Source of the DNA: Thermoplasmata archaeon
Lineage (GTDB): Archaea > Thermoplasmatota > Thermoplasmata > Lutacidiplasmatales > UBA184
NCBI GenBank assembly: GCA_022749895.1
Contig: JAKIWS010000005.1
Span: forward strand, 8,827 to 72,826
Direction: 5' to 3'
Length of the DNA: 64,000 bases
The notes under the pieces were generated by a model. The model saw nothing but the letters and a program-made list of their open reading frames with translations. It had not been told where the DNA came from and ran no database searches. Made by a program: the position numbers and the translations under genes. Positions 16,744 through 26,594 of this stretch are shown piece by piece; positions within the stretch are counted from its first letter, which is position 1; each line of letters opens with the position of its first letter.

Positions 16744-19700
16744 ATGGAGCAAGCGAAAGCGTCGTACACGGGTCGTTGGGGAGGCCGCCGAGGGATCGGC
16801 ACGGCCATCGCCGCGGTGGTCATGGTCATCGTGATTGCCCTGGTCGGGGCCGGCACGTATGTCGGTCTCAATTCCCAGCCGCACGGGAACAAGACCGTCA
16901 AGTCGTGCACGCCGGCGAACTCTCCGATCTGTGTCGCTTCCGCACAGACGCACGATGTCGGTCTGCTGGTGCCGTTCAAGGCGTCGCAGACGGGCAATAC
17001 GGTTCCTTTCACCGCCATCCTCCCGGCCGGAGACACGGCCTCCAGTTTTGCGTTCAATTTTGGTGACAGTGGCCCCACGAGCACGGCGACCTCCACCCAG
17101 CCGACCGTGACCCACGTCTACTCGAGCGCGGGCGTCTACCTGATCTCCGTCCAGGCGACGGTCCGCGGCGTCGTGCACGACAACTACCAGAAGCTCACCG
17201 TTGTGACGGTCTCGGCGTTCGCGAGCGCGGGCGCCGCGAACCAGCCCGGCGTGTCGGGCTCGGTCGTGACCAACAGCACGGCGATCACCGGCTCTCCTCC
17301 CACGACGATTCTGCAGCCGGGCGGCTCCGTGACCTTCACGGGCTCCTACACCGCCGCTCCGACGAACCCGCAGTTCGTCTTCGCGTCCCCCACCATCATC
17401 TCCTCGACCGGCGGCACCGTTCAGGGAACGCCCACGAACACCACCACCTCCGCCACGGCCGCCTATTCGTTCGCGGCCTCGGGAACGTATGTGGTGACGT
17501 TCGTCGGGAAGGCCGTCAGCGGAACGGTGAGCGCCTTCCAGAACTACACTTGGACCGTCTTCGTCGCGCCGAGCGGCATCCACGCGGGGGTCGCCGGTAC
17601 GGGGGTCGCAACCAGCCCGCACAAGGGCTCGCTCAACATCTACGAAGAAACCCCCGGCGGCGGCACCAGCGAAGACCCGGCCGTCGACTACGAGACAGCG
17701 GGCTACGAGGTCATCCTCAACGTCTACCAGACCTTGATCGCGTACAACGGCAGCCAGACGGGTCCGACGTACGCGTCGTACGTCCCCCAGCTCGCGACGT
17801 GCGTGCCGGGAAGCCCGGCGTGCGCGCTGCAGTTCAGCGGCAACACGCTGGTCCGCGGCGACAACTACACCTTCGTCCTCGACTCGGCGGCGAAGTTCTT
17901 CGACCCGGCGACCAAGGCGTCCTGGGGCGTCTACCCGACCGACGTCCTGTTCAGCGTCGCGCGCACGATGAGCTTCGCGAACCTGCCGTCGTTCGGCGGC
18001 AACAACGGCTGGATCCTCGAGCAGGCGATGCTGCCCTCCGGGAACAAGAACTGGGACGGGGGCCTCCACGGCGCGCGGAACAACACCCCGGACAACATCT
18101 ACAGCCACGTCATCCTCAACGGGAGCGACTGCCCCGCCGTAGCGATGACCGGGGCGGCCTACCACGGCTGCGTCACCTTCTGGGCGAACGGCGCGGGTCA
18201 TTCCTGGCCGTACTTCCTGGAACTGATCGCGGACAACCTGGGCGCTTCGATCGTTCCGTGCGGCTGGTTCAGCGCGGCACCTCAGGTAGCGGGCATCCCG
18301 TACTGGACGTACAACAACGTCACCGGCTCGGGCGACCACCCGTGCGCCGCGCCCGGAACGCCCGGCTGGGGCCTCTCCCCGACGGCCATCGCGGCGAAGC
18401 CGACGGCGTGGGACAACTACCAGATGGTCGGCTCGGTGCCTCCGTTCTGGGGTAAGGTCCAGTGGGCGTTGGCGGGCAGCGGCCCGTACTACGTCCCGAC
18501 CGGCGGCTACCAGATCGGCTTGAGCTACCTGCTCCAGGCGAACCCCGCGTACGTCCAGCCGTCCTTCTGCCACGGCGCCGGCTGCGAGCCCGCCGCCGGC
18601 CAGTACGCCGCGAAGGTGAGCGTCATCTGGGAAACGACCCAGACGCCCGGCGAGCAGGCGTATGCGACGGGGGTCGCGGACGAAGCGTCGATCCCGGGAA
18701 CGGACACGGCGTTGCTGCTGTCGTTGGTCGCCCAGGGGAAGATCCAGGCGATCACGTTCCCGTCGATCAGCATCGACTTCTTCCCGTTCAACCTGTTGTT
18801 CAACGCCCCGGGGGCCGCGAAGTACACCTCGAACCCGATCACCGTGCAGCCGGACTTCTTCAGCTACCTCGCGGTGCGGCAGTTCTTCGCGCATGCGTAC
18901 CCGTACACGACGATCCAGTCGACGCTGAACACGATCGACGGGATCCAGGGGGCGTTCAACTACGGTGGGGCGATCCCGCAGTTCATGGCGAACTACTACC
19001 CCACCAACGTGAGCTTCCCCAACGCGGACCCGTGTGCGGACAACACGAAGGCCGCGTGCGCGGTGTACTGGTGGGCGCAAGCGACGAGCGCGTCGTCCCC
19101 GTACTACGATAAGGAGCTCGCGGCGTGTTCGTCGTCGAGTCCGTGCGAGGTGCCGCTGTTCGGCCAGACCGGCGCACCGACGCTCGATGAACGGATGGCG
19201 CTGTGGGCCGCCTCGATCAACACGATCTCGGGCGGTGCGGTCAAGGTCGACACGCTCGACATCAACTTCGTCGACGCGGTGATCAACTCTCTGTTCAGCC
19301 CGCCGGGCGCCAACGCGATGCCGTTCTACCGGCTCGGCTGGGCGCCCGACTACCCGGACCCGACGGACTACGTGACGCCGATGTACCTGCCCGACAGCAC
19401 GTACACCTCGGCGGACACCGTCGCGGAGCAGCTCGGGGTCGGCGTCAACACCGCGTTCAACGACAGCAGCTGTGCGACGACGGCGGCGTTCACGAACTAC
19501 GTCAAGTGGGCGTCGATTGCCCAGACGACCGGCGGGATCCCGAACAACTGCCAGGGCATGGCGTACAGCTCCATGACCTACCTCGAGGGCTTGGCGGCCG
19601 TCCAGCCGGCGGGCCCGCAGCGGGTGCTGATGTACAACTGGGTCGAGCAGATCGCGAACGCGCTCGCGCTCTACACCTACTCGTTCCAGAACAACTACAT

Positions 19701-19809
19701 CTACACCTACGCGAGCTGGATCGACGGGTCGACGATCAACAGCAACGTGACGATCGGGGGCGGCGGCGACTCGCTGTGGTACCTGATCGGCGGCAACGGG
19801 GTCTACTGA
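16744..19809 (+). CDS. oppA: Oligopeptide/dipeptide-type ABC substrate-binding protein (SBP family 5) with an N-terminal signal anchor and an inserted PKD domain.
   Basis: N-terminal TM AIAAVVMVIVIALVGAGTY. PKD motif FAFNFGDSGPTSTATSTQPTVTHVYSSAGVYLISVQATV. SBP_bac_5-like core (DPAVDYETAGYEVILNVYQTLIAYN, then GWAPDYPDPTDYVTPMY). About 1020 aa. Paralog of 35291-38305. Confidence 0.75.
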   Translation: MEQAKASYTGRWGGRRGIGTAIAAVVMVIVIALVGAGTYVGLNSQPHGNKTVKSCTPANSPICVASAQTHDVGLLVPFKASQTGNTVPFTAILPAGDTASSFAFNFGDSGPTSTATSTQPTVTHVYSSAGVYLISVQATVRGVVHDNYQKLTVVTVSAFASAGAANQPGVSGSVVTNSTAITGSPPTTILQPGGSVTFTGSYTAAPTNPQFVFASPTIISSTGGTVQGTPTNTTTSATAAYSFAASGTYVVTFVGKAVSGTVSAFQNYTWTVFVAPSGIHAGVAGTGVATSPHKGSLNIYEETPGGGTSEDPAVDYETAGYEVILNVYQTLIAYNGSQTGPTYASYVPQLATCVPGSPACALQFSGNTLVRGDNYTFVLDSAAKFFDPATKASWGVYPTDVLFSVARTMSFANLPSFGGNNGWILEQAMLPSGNKNWDGGLHGARNNTPDNIYSHVILNGSDCPAVAMTGAAYHGCVTFWANGAGHSWPYFLELIADNLGASIVPCGWFSAAPQVAGIPYWTYNNVTGSGDHPCAAPGTPGWGLSPTAIAAKPTAWDNYQMVGSVPPFWGKVQWALAGSGPYYVPTGGYQIGLSYLLQANPAYVQPSFCHGAGCEPAAGQYAAKVSVIWETTQTPGEQAYATGVADEASIPGTDTALLLSLVAQGKIQAITFPSISIDFFPFNLLFNAPGAAKYTSNPITVQPDFFSYLAVRQFFAHAYPYTTIQSTLNTIDGIQGAFNYGGAIPQFMANYYPTNVSFPNADPCADNTKAACAVYWWAQATSASSPYYDKELAACSSSSPCEVPLFGQTGAPTLDERMALWAASINTISGGAVKVDTLDINFVDAVINSLFSPPGANAMPFYRLGWAPDYPDPTDYVTPMYLPDSTYTSADTVAEQLGVGVNTAFNDSSCATTAAFTNYVKWASIAQTTGGIPNNCQGMAYSSMTYLEGLAAVQPAGPQRVLMYNWVEQIANALALYTYSFQNNYIYTYASWIDGSTINSNVTIGGGGDSLWYLIGGNGVY

Positions 19810-19833
19810 GCCGTTCGGTAGCGCGTGACGGGC

Positions 19834-19887
19834 GGGACCCCCCGAGCCCATCGGGGGGTTCCCGGAACCCTTTCCTCCCTTTTATTG
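19834..19887 (+). terminator. GC hairpin followed by a T-rich pyrimidine tract immediately 3' of the substrate-binding protein gene.
   Basis: gggacccccc-gagcccatc-ggggggttccc is an imperfect 10-bp stem. It is followed by ccctttcctcccttttattg. Confidence 0.4.
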
Positions 19888-19943
19888 CCGAAATCCCTGC
19901 GAGGGCCCGGCTAGGCGAGCGACATCGGAGCGGTTCACCGACC

Positions 19944-20288
19944 GTGGACGCCGAAGGGTTCCGTCGTATCGCGCTGAAGCTACCCGAAGCCGAGGAACGG
20001 TTCCACCAAGGCCACCCGGACTTTCGGGTCCGAGGCCGCATCTTCGCGACGCTCGGCTCCCCTCACGAAGGGTGGGGGATGGTGAAGCTCGAGCTGAGCG
20101 ACCAGGCCCAGTTCATCGAGGGGGAGCCACGGGCGTTTGTCCCCGCGAACGGGTCGTGGGGGCAGCGGGGCGCGACCAGCGTGCGTCTCCAAGCTGTCAG
20201 CGGGCCCACGCTCGAGCGGGCCTTGCGGGCGGCGTGGGCGAACGTCGCGGCGAAGGTTGCAGCACCCCGCGTGCGGACCCGTCGCTAG
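19944..20288 (+). CDS. MmcQ/YjbR family DNA-binding protein.
   Basis: FRRIALKLPEAEERFHQGHPDFRVRGRIFATLG matches the family's N-terminal signature. In-frame GTG at 19944. Confidence 0.5.
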   Translation: MDAEGFRRIALKLPEAEERFHQGHPDFRVRGRIFATLGSPHEGWGMVKLELSDQAQFIEGEPRAFVPANGSWGQRGATSVRLQAVSGPTLERALRAAWANVAAKVAAPRVRTRR

Positions 20289-20350
20289 CCGCTCGGTTGC
20301 GCTCGTCGAAGAGATCGAGGCCGAATCGCCGAGGGGCCGTTGGCCCGAGC

Positions 20351-20770
20351 TTAGAGGAACTCTCGGGGGTCGGGGCCTACGCGACCCGGATACGGGTCGA
20401 GACCGGCGCGGATACGGTCGGCTTCGGGGGTCCATCGACCCCAGGGGACCGGCGTGAGCCACGTGCGCCGGAACGGTTGGCCGCTACTCCCCGTCCGCTC
20501 GATCGGAAGCCGGGCCCACAGGTACCGGTAGGCGAGGATCTCGAGGTAGAGGGCGCCGAGGAGCGCCGGAACCATCGCGTAGACGTCGAACGGACGGAGG
20601 AAGGTGGCGACGATCCACGCGTCGGCGATGAAGAAGCCGAGGACGATCCACGCCCGGGCGAAGTCGAAGAGGAACCACTCCCGCCACGTGGGGCCGGGAT
20701 CCGCGAGCGCCGCCTTTCGGCCCTCCTCATCGAGCGGGGGGCCTAGGCCTCGGAGCAGCAAGGGGGGCAT
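20351..20770 (-). CDS. Small integral membrane protein (hypothetical), last gene of the opp operon strand.
   Basis: Two or three hydrophobic helices (WFLFDFARAWIVLGFFIADAWIVATFL; VYAMVPALLGALYLEILAY). Confidence 0.35.
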   Translation of the reverse strand: MPPLLLRGLGPPLDEEGRKAALADPGPTWREWFLFDFARAWIVLGFFIADAWIVATFLRPFDVYAMVPALLGALYLEILAYRYLWARLPIERTGSSGQPFRRTWLTPVPWGRWTPEADRIRAGLDPYPGRVGPDPREFL

Positions 20771-20794
20771 CCTGAGCGCTCGGGTTCGGCGGCT

Positions 20795-21985
20795 TCAAGC
20801 GGTCGTGGCCGCCACGGGCCCCCCCGCGGAGGTGGAGGTCGCCGTGGCGCCGGCGAGCGCCGCCTCCGTCGGAGGGTAGAGGTGGCAGGCGACGAAGTGG
20901 TCCGGCCGGATGGCGATCAGCGGGGGCTCGACCTTCGAGCAGATCGGCATGACGGCCGGGCACCGGGTGTGGAACCGGCACCCGGGCGGCGGCGCCGCCG
21001 GGCTCGGCACGTCCCCCCGGAGGACGATCCGCTCCCGGTGGAGCTGCGGGTCGGGGATCGGGATCGCCGACAGCAGGGCCTGGGTGTAGGGGTGGAGCGG
21101 TCGACCGAACAGCTCCTCGGTGGGAGCGCGCTCGACGACCTTGCCGAGGTACATCACCACGACGCGCCGCGAGACGGCCCGGACGACCGAGAGGTGGTGG
21201 GAGATGAACAGGTAGGCCAGGTTCTGGTCGGCTTGCAGGCGTTTGAGGATGTTGAGGATCTGGGCCTGGACGGAGACGTCGAGAGCGCTCGTGGGCTCGT
21301 CCAGCACGATGAAATCCGGGCGCAGGGCCAGGGCGCGGGCGATGCCGATCCGTTGGCGCTGACCTCCCGAGACTTCGTGGGGGAACCGCCAGAGGTGCTC
21401 GGGGTTGAGCCCCACCGCTTGCATTAGCTCCGCCACGCGCTGGTACCGCGCCTTCGGGGTACCGAGACGATGGATGGCGAGCGGCTCGGCGACGATGTCC
21501 CGCACGAGCATGCGCGGGCTCAAAGAGGAAAACGGGTCCTGGAAGACGATCTGGAGCTTGCCGCGGAGCTTCTGCAGCCGCCGGCCGCTCATCCGGTAGA
21601 TCGAGTACTGCTTCGCGATCTCGTCGAGCTCGGTGAGCAGCGAGGCCGAATTCGCGGGGAGCTCCTCCCCGTCCTCGTCCCCGGCGTACGCGGCGCCGAG
21701 CGACGTGTAGAGGCTCTCGAGCCGGGCGTGGACGTCCGCGGGGGGCTTGTAGAAGGTGTGGCCCGAGGTCGGCTCGATCAGGCGGAGGAGGAGACGTCCG
21801 ACCGTGGTCTTCCCGCATCCGGATTCGCCGACGAGACCGACGGTCTCGCCCTCGTGGACGTCGAACGAGACCCCGTCGACCGCGCGGACGTCCCCGATGT
21901 GGGTCGAGAAGACGCCGCCGCGGATCGGGAAGTATTTGCGGAGGTTGCGGACGGAGAGCAGTACCGAGTCATGGCCGTTGTCCAT
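20795..21985 (-). CDS. oppF: Oligopeptide ABC transporter ATP-binding protein (OppF/DppF type).
   Basis: Walker [10 protein letters not shown], signature LSGGQRQR, Walker [13 protein letters not shown], and a C-terminal oligopeptide-transporter extension with CRFHTRCP. Confidence 0.85.
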   Translation of the reverse strand: MDNGHDSVLLSVRNLRKYFPIRGGVFSTHIGDVRAVDGVSFDVHEGETVGLVGESGCGKTTVGRLLLRLIEPTSGHTFYKPPADVHARLESLYTSLGAAYAGDEDGEELPANSASLLTELDEIAKQYSIYRMSGRRLQKLRGKLQIVFQDPFSSLSPRMLVRDIVAEPLAIHRLGTPKARYQRVAELMQAVGLNPEHLWRFPHEVSGGQRQRIGIARALALRPDFIVLDEPTSALDVSVQAQILNILKRLQADQNLAYLFISHHLSVVRAVSRRVVVMYLGKVVERAPTEELFGRPLHPYTQALLSAIPIPDPQLHRERIVLRGDVPSPAAPPPGCRFHTRCPAVMPICSKVEPPLIAIRPDHFVACHLYPPTEAALAGATATSTSAGGPVAATTA

Positions 21986-22006
21986 CCGCCCCGTCCCCCG
22001 TGACCC

Positions 22007-23596
22007 CTAGCCCTTGGCGACCGGTCCGTGGTAGAGGTAGCAGGCCACTTGATGGCCCTCCCCCTCGACCGTCATCGGGGGGCGCACCTCCTTGCAGATC
22101 GGCATCGCGTGGGGGCAGCGGGGATGGAATCGGCAGCCCGAGGGGGGATAAATGAGGTTGGGCACGGACCCGGGGATGGATTCGAGCGGTTTGGTCGGGT
22201 CGTCCATCCGCGGGATCGAGGCGAGCAGACCCTGGGCGTAGGGGTGGAGCGGCCGCAGGTAGAGATCCTTGACGGGGGCGATCTCGACGATGTTGCCCGC
22301 GTACATCACCGCCACCCGGTCCGCGACCTCGGCGATCACGCCCAGGTCGTGGGTGATGAGCATGATCGCGGTGCCGACCCGCTCTTTGAGGTTCTTCATC
22401 AATTCCAGGATCTGCGCCTGGATCGTGACGTCGAGCGCGGTCGTCGGCTCGTCCGCAATCAGGAGCTCCGGGTCGGACGAAAGCGCCATCGCGATCATCA
22501 CGCGCTGGAGCATGCCGCCGGAGAGCTCGTGGGGGTAGCCGCGGGCGACCTGGACGGGGTTGGCGATCCGGACCCCTTCGAGGAGACGCACCGCGTGCCA
22601 GAACGTCTCCTTCCGGATCGGTTTTCGGACATGGCCCCGGACCCCCCAGAGTCCGAAGTAGAACGTTCGGAGCCTGAGCGCCCACGTCCGGAGGGTGATC
22701 CTCCGCCGGGCCAGCGGCTCGGCCTTGCCGTTGCGCATCTCCCGTAGGTAGACCGCCTGCAATTCGCGGGCCAACGTCCGCAACGCCCGCTCGCGCTGGA
22801 GGTACCGGCGTTGGAGTTGGCTCATGTTCAGACGCCGGAACGCCCGCTCGATCTCGGGTCGCCGACTCTCCGGGTCGGCCCACGAGCCCCGGACCGCGTA
22901 GAACGCCTGGGTCCCGAGCGAAGCGAGGCCCGCGACGTCGCCGAGATGCTCCGCCGCGGCCCGCAGCGTATCCTGGTCGTTCTGGCGAGCGACCTTGAAC
23001 AACTGGTCCAAGGCCTCCTCGATCCGACCCGAGGAGAGTCCCGCTTCGGTCGTCCGCTCGGCGCGGAGCCGGCGGGCGCCGTCGGCCGCAAGACCGCGAC
23101 CGTGGCGGCCGGCCGACGCTTGGAGCAGGCCGTCGATGACCACCTCGCCCCGGTGCAGCATCAGCGCCTCCGAGATCTGGTCGGAGATCGAGAAGATCGG
23201 GTTCATCGCCGAGGTCGGCTCCTGGAAGATCATCGAGATGCCGCCGCCGCGGACGGCCGTCATCCTGGCCTGGCCCTGGCGAATCCTCCGGAACCTGCGG
23301 CTGACCTTGACGCGGCCCTTCTTCAGGGTCTTGAACTTCGCTTCCTTATCGAGCCCCCAGAGAAGGTTCGCCCCCTTGAACAGGATCGTCCCGTCCATGA
23401 TGCGTCCCGGCGGGTCCGGGATGAGCTTGGTCACCGAGAACGCCGTGACGCTCTTGCCGCAGCCGGTCTCGCCGACTAGCCCGATCGTCTCTCCGCGACG
23501 GATGTTGAACGTGACGCCGTCGAGCGCCTTGACGACGCCGTCGTAGGTGAAGAAGTAGGTCCGCAGACCGCGGATGTCCAGGACCACGTCGCCCAC
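22007..23596 (-). CDS. oppD: Oligopeptide ABC transporter ATP-binding protein (OppD/DppD type) carrying an insertion of about 190 aa between Walker A and the signature motif.
   Basis: GETGCGKS, signature [20 protein letters not shown] and CRFHPRCP. The total of 529 aa compares with about 330 for typical OppD. Confidence 0.85.
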   Translation of the reverse strand: MGDVVLDIRGLRTYFFTYDGVVKALDGVTFNIRRGETIGLVGETGCGKSVTAFSVTKLIPDPPGRIMDGTILFKGANLLWGLDKEAKFKTLKKGRVKVSRRFRRIRQGQARMTAVRGGGISMIFQEPTSAMNPIFSISDQISEALMLHRGEVVIDGLLQASAGRHGRGLAADGARRLRAERTTEAGLSSGRIEEALDQLFKVARQNDQDTLRAAAEHLGDVAGLASLGTQAFYAVRGSWADPESRRPEIERAFRRLNMSQLQRRYLQRERALRTLARELQAVYLREMRNGKAEPLARRRITLRTWALRLRTFYFGLWGVRGHVRKPIRKETFWHAVRLLEGVRIANPVQVARGYPHELSGGMLQRVMIAMALSSDPELLIADEPTTALDVTIQAQILELMKNLKERVGTAIMLITHDLGVIAEVADRVAVMYAGNIVEIAPVKDLYLRPLHPYAQGLLASIPRMDDPTKPLESIPGSVPNLIYPPSGCRFHPRCPHAMPICKEVRPPMTVEGEGHQVACYLYHGPVAKG

Positions 23597-23710
23597 CGGC
23601 TTCGGCGCGCTGGTTGCGACCGCGGACGGCGGTGCCTCCGCTGCGCGGAGCAGGGCGGGCTCGAGCGGGACGGGGGCCGATGACGGGAGGCTCGCGGAGG
23701 CGCTCAGGCG

Positions 23711-24880
23711 CTACCTCCGCAACCTCGGGTCGAGCGCGTCGCGGAGGCCGTCGGACAGGAAGTTCACCGAGATCGCGAACAGGAAGAGGGTGATGCCGGG
23801 GAAGAACAGCTGCCACCACGGGAAGAATTGGCAGGCGGCGACCGCGTTTTCGCAGGTGGTCAGCAAGCCGGGGATAGGGAGCACGGATAGGGCCGACATC
23901 GCCCCCCACTCAGGGAAGTACAGCGTTGGATAGATGTGGAATCCAAGAAAGACAATCGCCCCGATGCCGAGCGGGATCGTCCCCACGTCTAGCGACATCT
24001 GGACGAAAACGGGGTACATGCTGTTCGGCACGATGTGCTTGAGGAGGATGCGCCCCGACTTGGCCCCACTAGCCCGGGCGGCTTCGACATACTTCTGCTC
24101 CCGCGTTACGAGGACCTGGCCCCGGACGATCCGCGTGTAGATGGGCCACCATGTGATGATAAATGCGACCAGAAGGACTACAATCGAGCCGTAATTGGTC
24201 GCCCCGATCTGGATCTTGATCGAGTTGTTCAGGACCGAGAGGAGGACGATGACGAGGAGAAGCCCGGGGATGGAGAGGAAGACATCAGTGACCCGCATGA
24301 TGAATTCGTCCCACAGGCCACCCTTGAACCCCGCTAGGGCCCCCAACAGGAGACCTACGCCGGCCCCACTCGCGACGATCGTTGCCGAGAGCCCAAGTGA
24401 CCACGGCGCGCCCTTAATCAGTCCCGCGTAAATGTTGTAGAAGTAGTTGTTTCCCGGGCTGGCGGTGAGAGCGCCGAGAGGCAGCGGCCCACTCGTGAAA
24501 TGACCGATATTCACGGTCGGAGGTAGAAGCGATGGATTGAACTGATCGACTGGGTAGGCCGTCGGGCCGCACTGAGGAACAATATTCGGCGGGCTCGTAC
24601 ACACACTGATGCACCCAGTACTCGGGCCGCTTGGCTGAGAGTTTCCCGTGTAGGTCCCGCAGTACAACTGGAGCTGGGTCGCGGGTGCAGGATAGGAAAA
24701 CGAGTAAACAGCCACGATGACAAAGAACAGCAGAATGCCGAGGCCAATCATGGCCAGCGTGTTCTTCCGGAGGAAGTAGAACGTCCGCTGCATCTGGGCG
24801 ATGCGCGGGCTTGGGTGGCGGGGGGTACTGCCCCGCCGACGTAGCAGCGCACTGGGCGCGGTTGGGTCGATCGTCGCCAT
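23711..24880 (-). CDS. oppC: Oligopeptide ABC transporter permease (OppC/DppC type).
   Basis: An N-terminal TM is followed by a long Cys-containing loop. The BPD_transp_1 core carries the EAA-like region EAARASGAKSGRILLKHIVPN. Confidence 0.8.
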   Translation of the reverse strand: MATIDPTAPSALLRRRGSTPRHPSPRIAQMQRTFYFLRKNTLAMIGLGILLFFVIVAVYSFSYPAPATQLQLYCGTYTGNSQPSGPSTGCISVCTSPPNIVPQCGPTAYPVDQFNPSLLPPTVNIGHFTSGPLPLGALTASPGNNYFYNIYAGLIKGAPWSLGLSATIVASGAGVGLLLGALAGFKGGLWDEFIMRVTDVFLSIPGLLLVIVLLSVLNNSIKIQIGATNYGSIVVLLVAFIITWWPIYTRIVRGQVLVTREQKYVEAARASGAKSGRILLKHIVPNSMYPVFVQMSLDVGTIPLGIGAIVFLGFHIYPTLYFPEWGAMSALSVLPIPGLLTTCENAVAACQFFPWWQLFFPGITLFLFAISVNFLSDGLRDALDPRLRR

Positions 24881-24884
24881 GGGT

Positions 24885-26075
24885 CTACCCGAGTCGGACC
24901 CTCGGGTCCAGGTAGGCGTATAGAATGTCGACGAGGATGTTCGCCAACACGACGATGATTGTAAACAGCAGTGTGGTGCCGAAGATAAGGCCGTAGTCGA
25001 ACTGCGGCTGGATGGCGTACGTCAGGACCAGCCCAATTCCGCGGAGTCCGAAGATGTTCTCGATGATCGGGAATCCGCCGATGAACCCTGCGAACGTTAG
25101 CCCCAGTACGGTCACCGTGACGTTTAGCGAGTTGCGCCCCGCATGTCGCTTGATCACCTGGCGTTCCGCGACGCCCTTGGCCCGGGCGGTCCGGACGAAA
25201 TCCAGGTTCATGACCTCGAGCATGCTGTTGCGGACGAACCGAAGGATTCCCGCGATGCCCCCGAAGGTGATCACCAACGCGGGGACCAACATCCGCTTCA
25301 CGGACTCCCAGGCGAGGAACCAGTTTTGGTGGAGGGCCGCATCAACCGTGGGGAATCCCGTGGGCGTCGTCTGGAGGTACGGGCCGATCCACGATGGGTA
25401 TCGACCACCGGGAAGACATCCCAAATCCGGCCACGAATTGTGCCACTCCGCGTAGGGGGTCGACGTTCCGTTGCAAACCGCGCCAAAGCCCCCCGAGATA
25501 ACTGTGATTGCGGTCAGAGCGAGAATGGCAAGAAGGAATCCGGGGAGGGCGAAGCCGGAAAAGGAAAGGACCCGGGACGCCTGGTCAATCGGTCGGTTCC
25601 GATACACGGCGGAGTAGTTCCCGAGCGGGATCGCGAGGAGCAGGATCATGAACAGAGATATCGCGGCGAGTTCCAACGTGTAGGGCAGGAAGTAGGACAG
25701 GACCGTGGAGACGGGAGTCTGACCGGTGAGGGCGAAAGCGTGGGACGCCTGACTCTGCGACCCGGTGTACCCCCAGTTCAGCTGCAGGCTGTTGAAGATG
25801 TAATGGCCCCATTGGGTCCAAATCGGTTGGTCATAGCCGAGTTGATGGATGGCCGCCTCATAGGCGGGGTTCGGACACAGCGCCGTACTGCCCTGGGCGC
25901 ATGGGATGGTCGGAGTGCAGGGTGAAGCCGCACCATGACCGCTGCAGAGGTAGTACGACGAGACGCGTTCGCTGACGGGGATGGCCTGGATGATGACGAA
26001 GGTGATCGTCATCACGCCGATAATGACCGGAATGAGAAGCAGGGCTCGGCGAATGATGTACACCGACATCTTCAT
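24885..26075 (-). CDS. oppB: Oligopeptide ABC transporter permease (OppB/DppB type).
   Basis: MSVYIIRRALLLIPVIIGVMTITFVI N-terminus. The EAA-type loop is DFVRTARAKGVAERQVIKRHAGRN. Confidence 0.8.
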   Translation of the reverse strand: MKMSVYIIRRALLLIPVIIGVMTITFVIIQAIPVSERVSSYYLCSGHGAASPCTPTIPCAQGSTALCPNPAYEAAIHQLGYDQPIWTQWGHYIFNSLQLNWGYTGSQSQASHAFALTGQTPVSTVLSYFLPYTLELAAISLFMILLLAIPLGNYSAVYRNRPIDQASRVLSFSGFALPGFLLAILALTAITVISGGFGAVCNGTSTPYAEWHNSWPDLGCLPGGRYPSWIGPYLQTTPTGFPTVDAALHQNWFLAWESVKRMLVPALVITFGGIAGILRFVRNSMLEVMNLDFVRTARAKGVAERQVIKRHAGRNSLNVTVTVLGLTFAGFIGGFPIIENIFGLRGIGLVLTYAIQPQFDYGLIFGTTLLFTIIVVLANILVDILYAYLDPRVRLG

Positions 26076-26124
26076 CGGACGACACCCCGCGGGACGGCCC
26101 CCCGCGACCCAGCGATTCGGGAGG

Positions 26125-26162
26125 GGCTATTTATGGATTTATCAAATCCACCTCGAGGGTGG
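26125..26162 (-). promoter_or_regulatory. Candidate promoter/operator of the oppBCDF operon: a TATA-like element plus two adjacent perfect inverted repeats.
   Basis: ggctatttatgg (TATA-like on the minus strand) overlaps GGATTTatcAAATCC. This is followed by CCACCTCgAGGTGG, a 7+1+7 perfect palindrome. The whole block lies 50-90 bp upstream of the oppB start at 26075. Confidence 0.45.
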
Positions 26163-26227
26163 ACGCCAATCCGGCATCCCCCCAGCGTGGCGGCGCGAGC
26201 CGCCGCGGACGTGGCCGGTAGGGAGCG

Positions 26228-26569
26228 CTAGTAGAGCGGCAACTGGCCGGTGACCGCGTCGATCTCCTCGACGCGCGCGGGACCGAGACCCAGGACGGTC
26301 GTGGTACCGGGCGGAACCTCGGTGAGCCCAGCATCTTGAACGAACACTTCGAGGATCTTCCGGGCCCGGGCTTTCGCGGACAGAGCGTTGAGGTCGTCGA
26401 GGGTCCGGGCCGTCACGACGATCTTCTTCTGACCCTGTCGGAGCCAGGCATCGTGCACCTCTTCCCGGCGACCTCGGGCGAGGTCCGCGAGCATGACGGC
26501 CGCGTGAGCGACCTGGACCGCCGCCTTTCCCGGCGAGAGGCCCAGCTCCCCCCGGAGGACCAGGACCAT
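26228..26569 (-). CDS. pth2: Peptidyl-tRNA hydrolase, archaeal type (Pth2).
   Basis: MVLVLRGELGLSPGKAAVQVAHAAV and the VTGQLPLY C-terminus. About 113 aa. Confidence 0.75.
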   Translation of the reverse strand: MVLVLRGELGLSPGKAAVQVAHAAVMLADLARGRREEVHDAWLRQGQKKIVVTARTLDDLNALSAKARARKILEVFVQDAGLTEVPPGTTTVLGLGPARVEEIDAVTGQLPLY

Positions 26570-26594
26570 CTTGAACTCACCCGAAATTCCTCTC

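Noticed and set aside
16687-19851. A 1054-aa ORF on the minus strand covering the whole substrate-binding protein gene.
   Set aside because: Its composition is Arg/Gly/Asp-rich low-complexity with no domain signature. The plus-strand frame has clear SBP-5 and PKD motifs. It is a classic antisense shadow ORF of GC-rich DNA.
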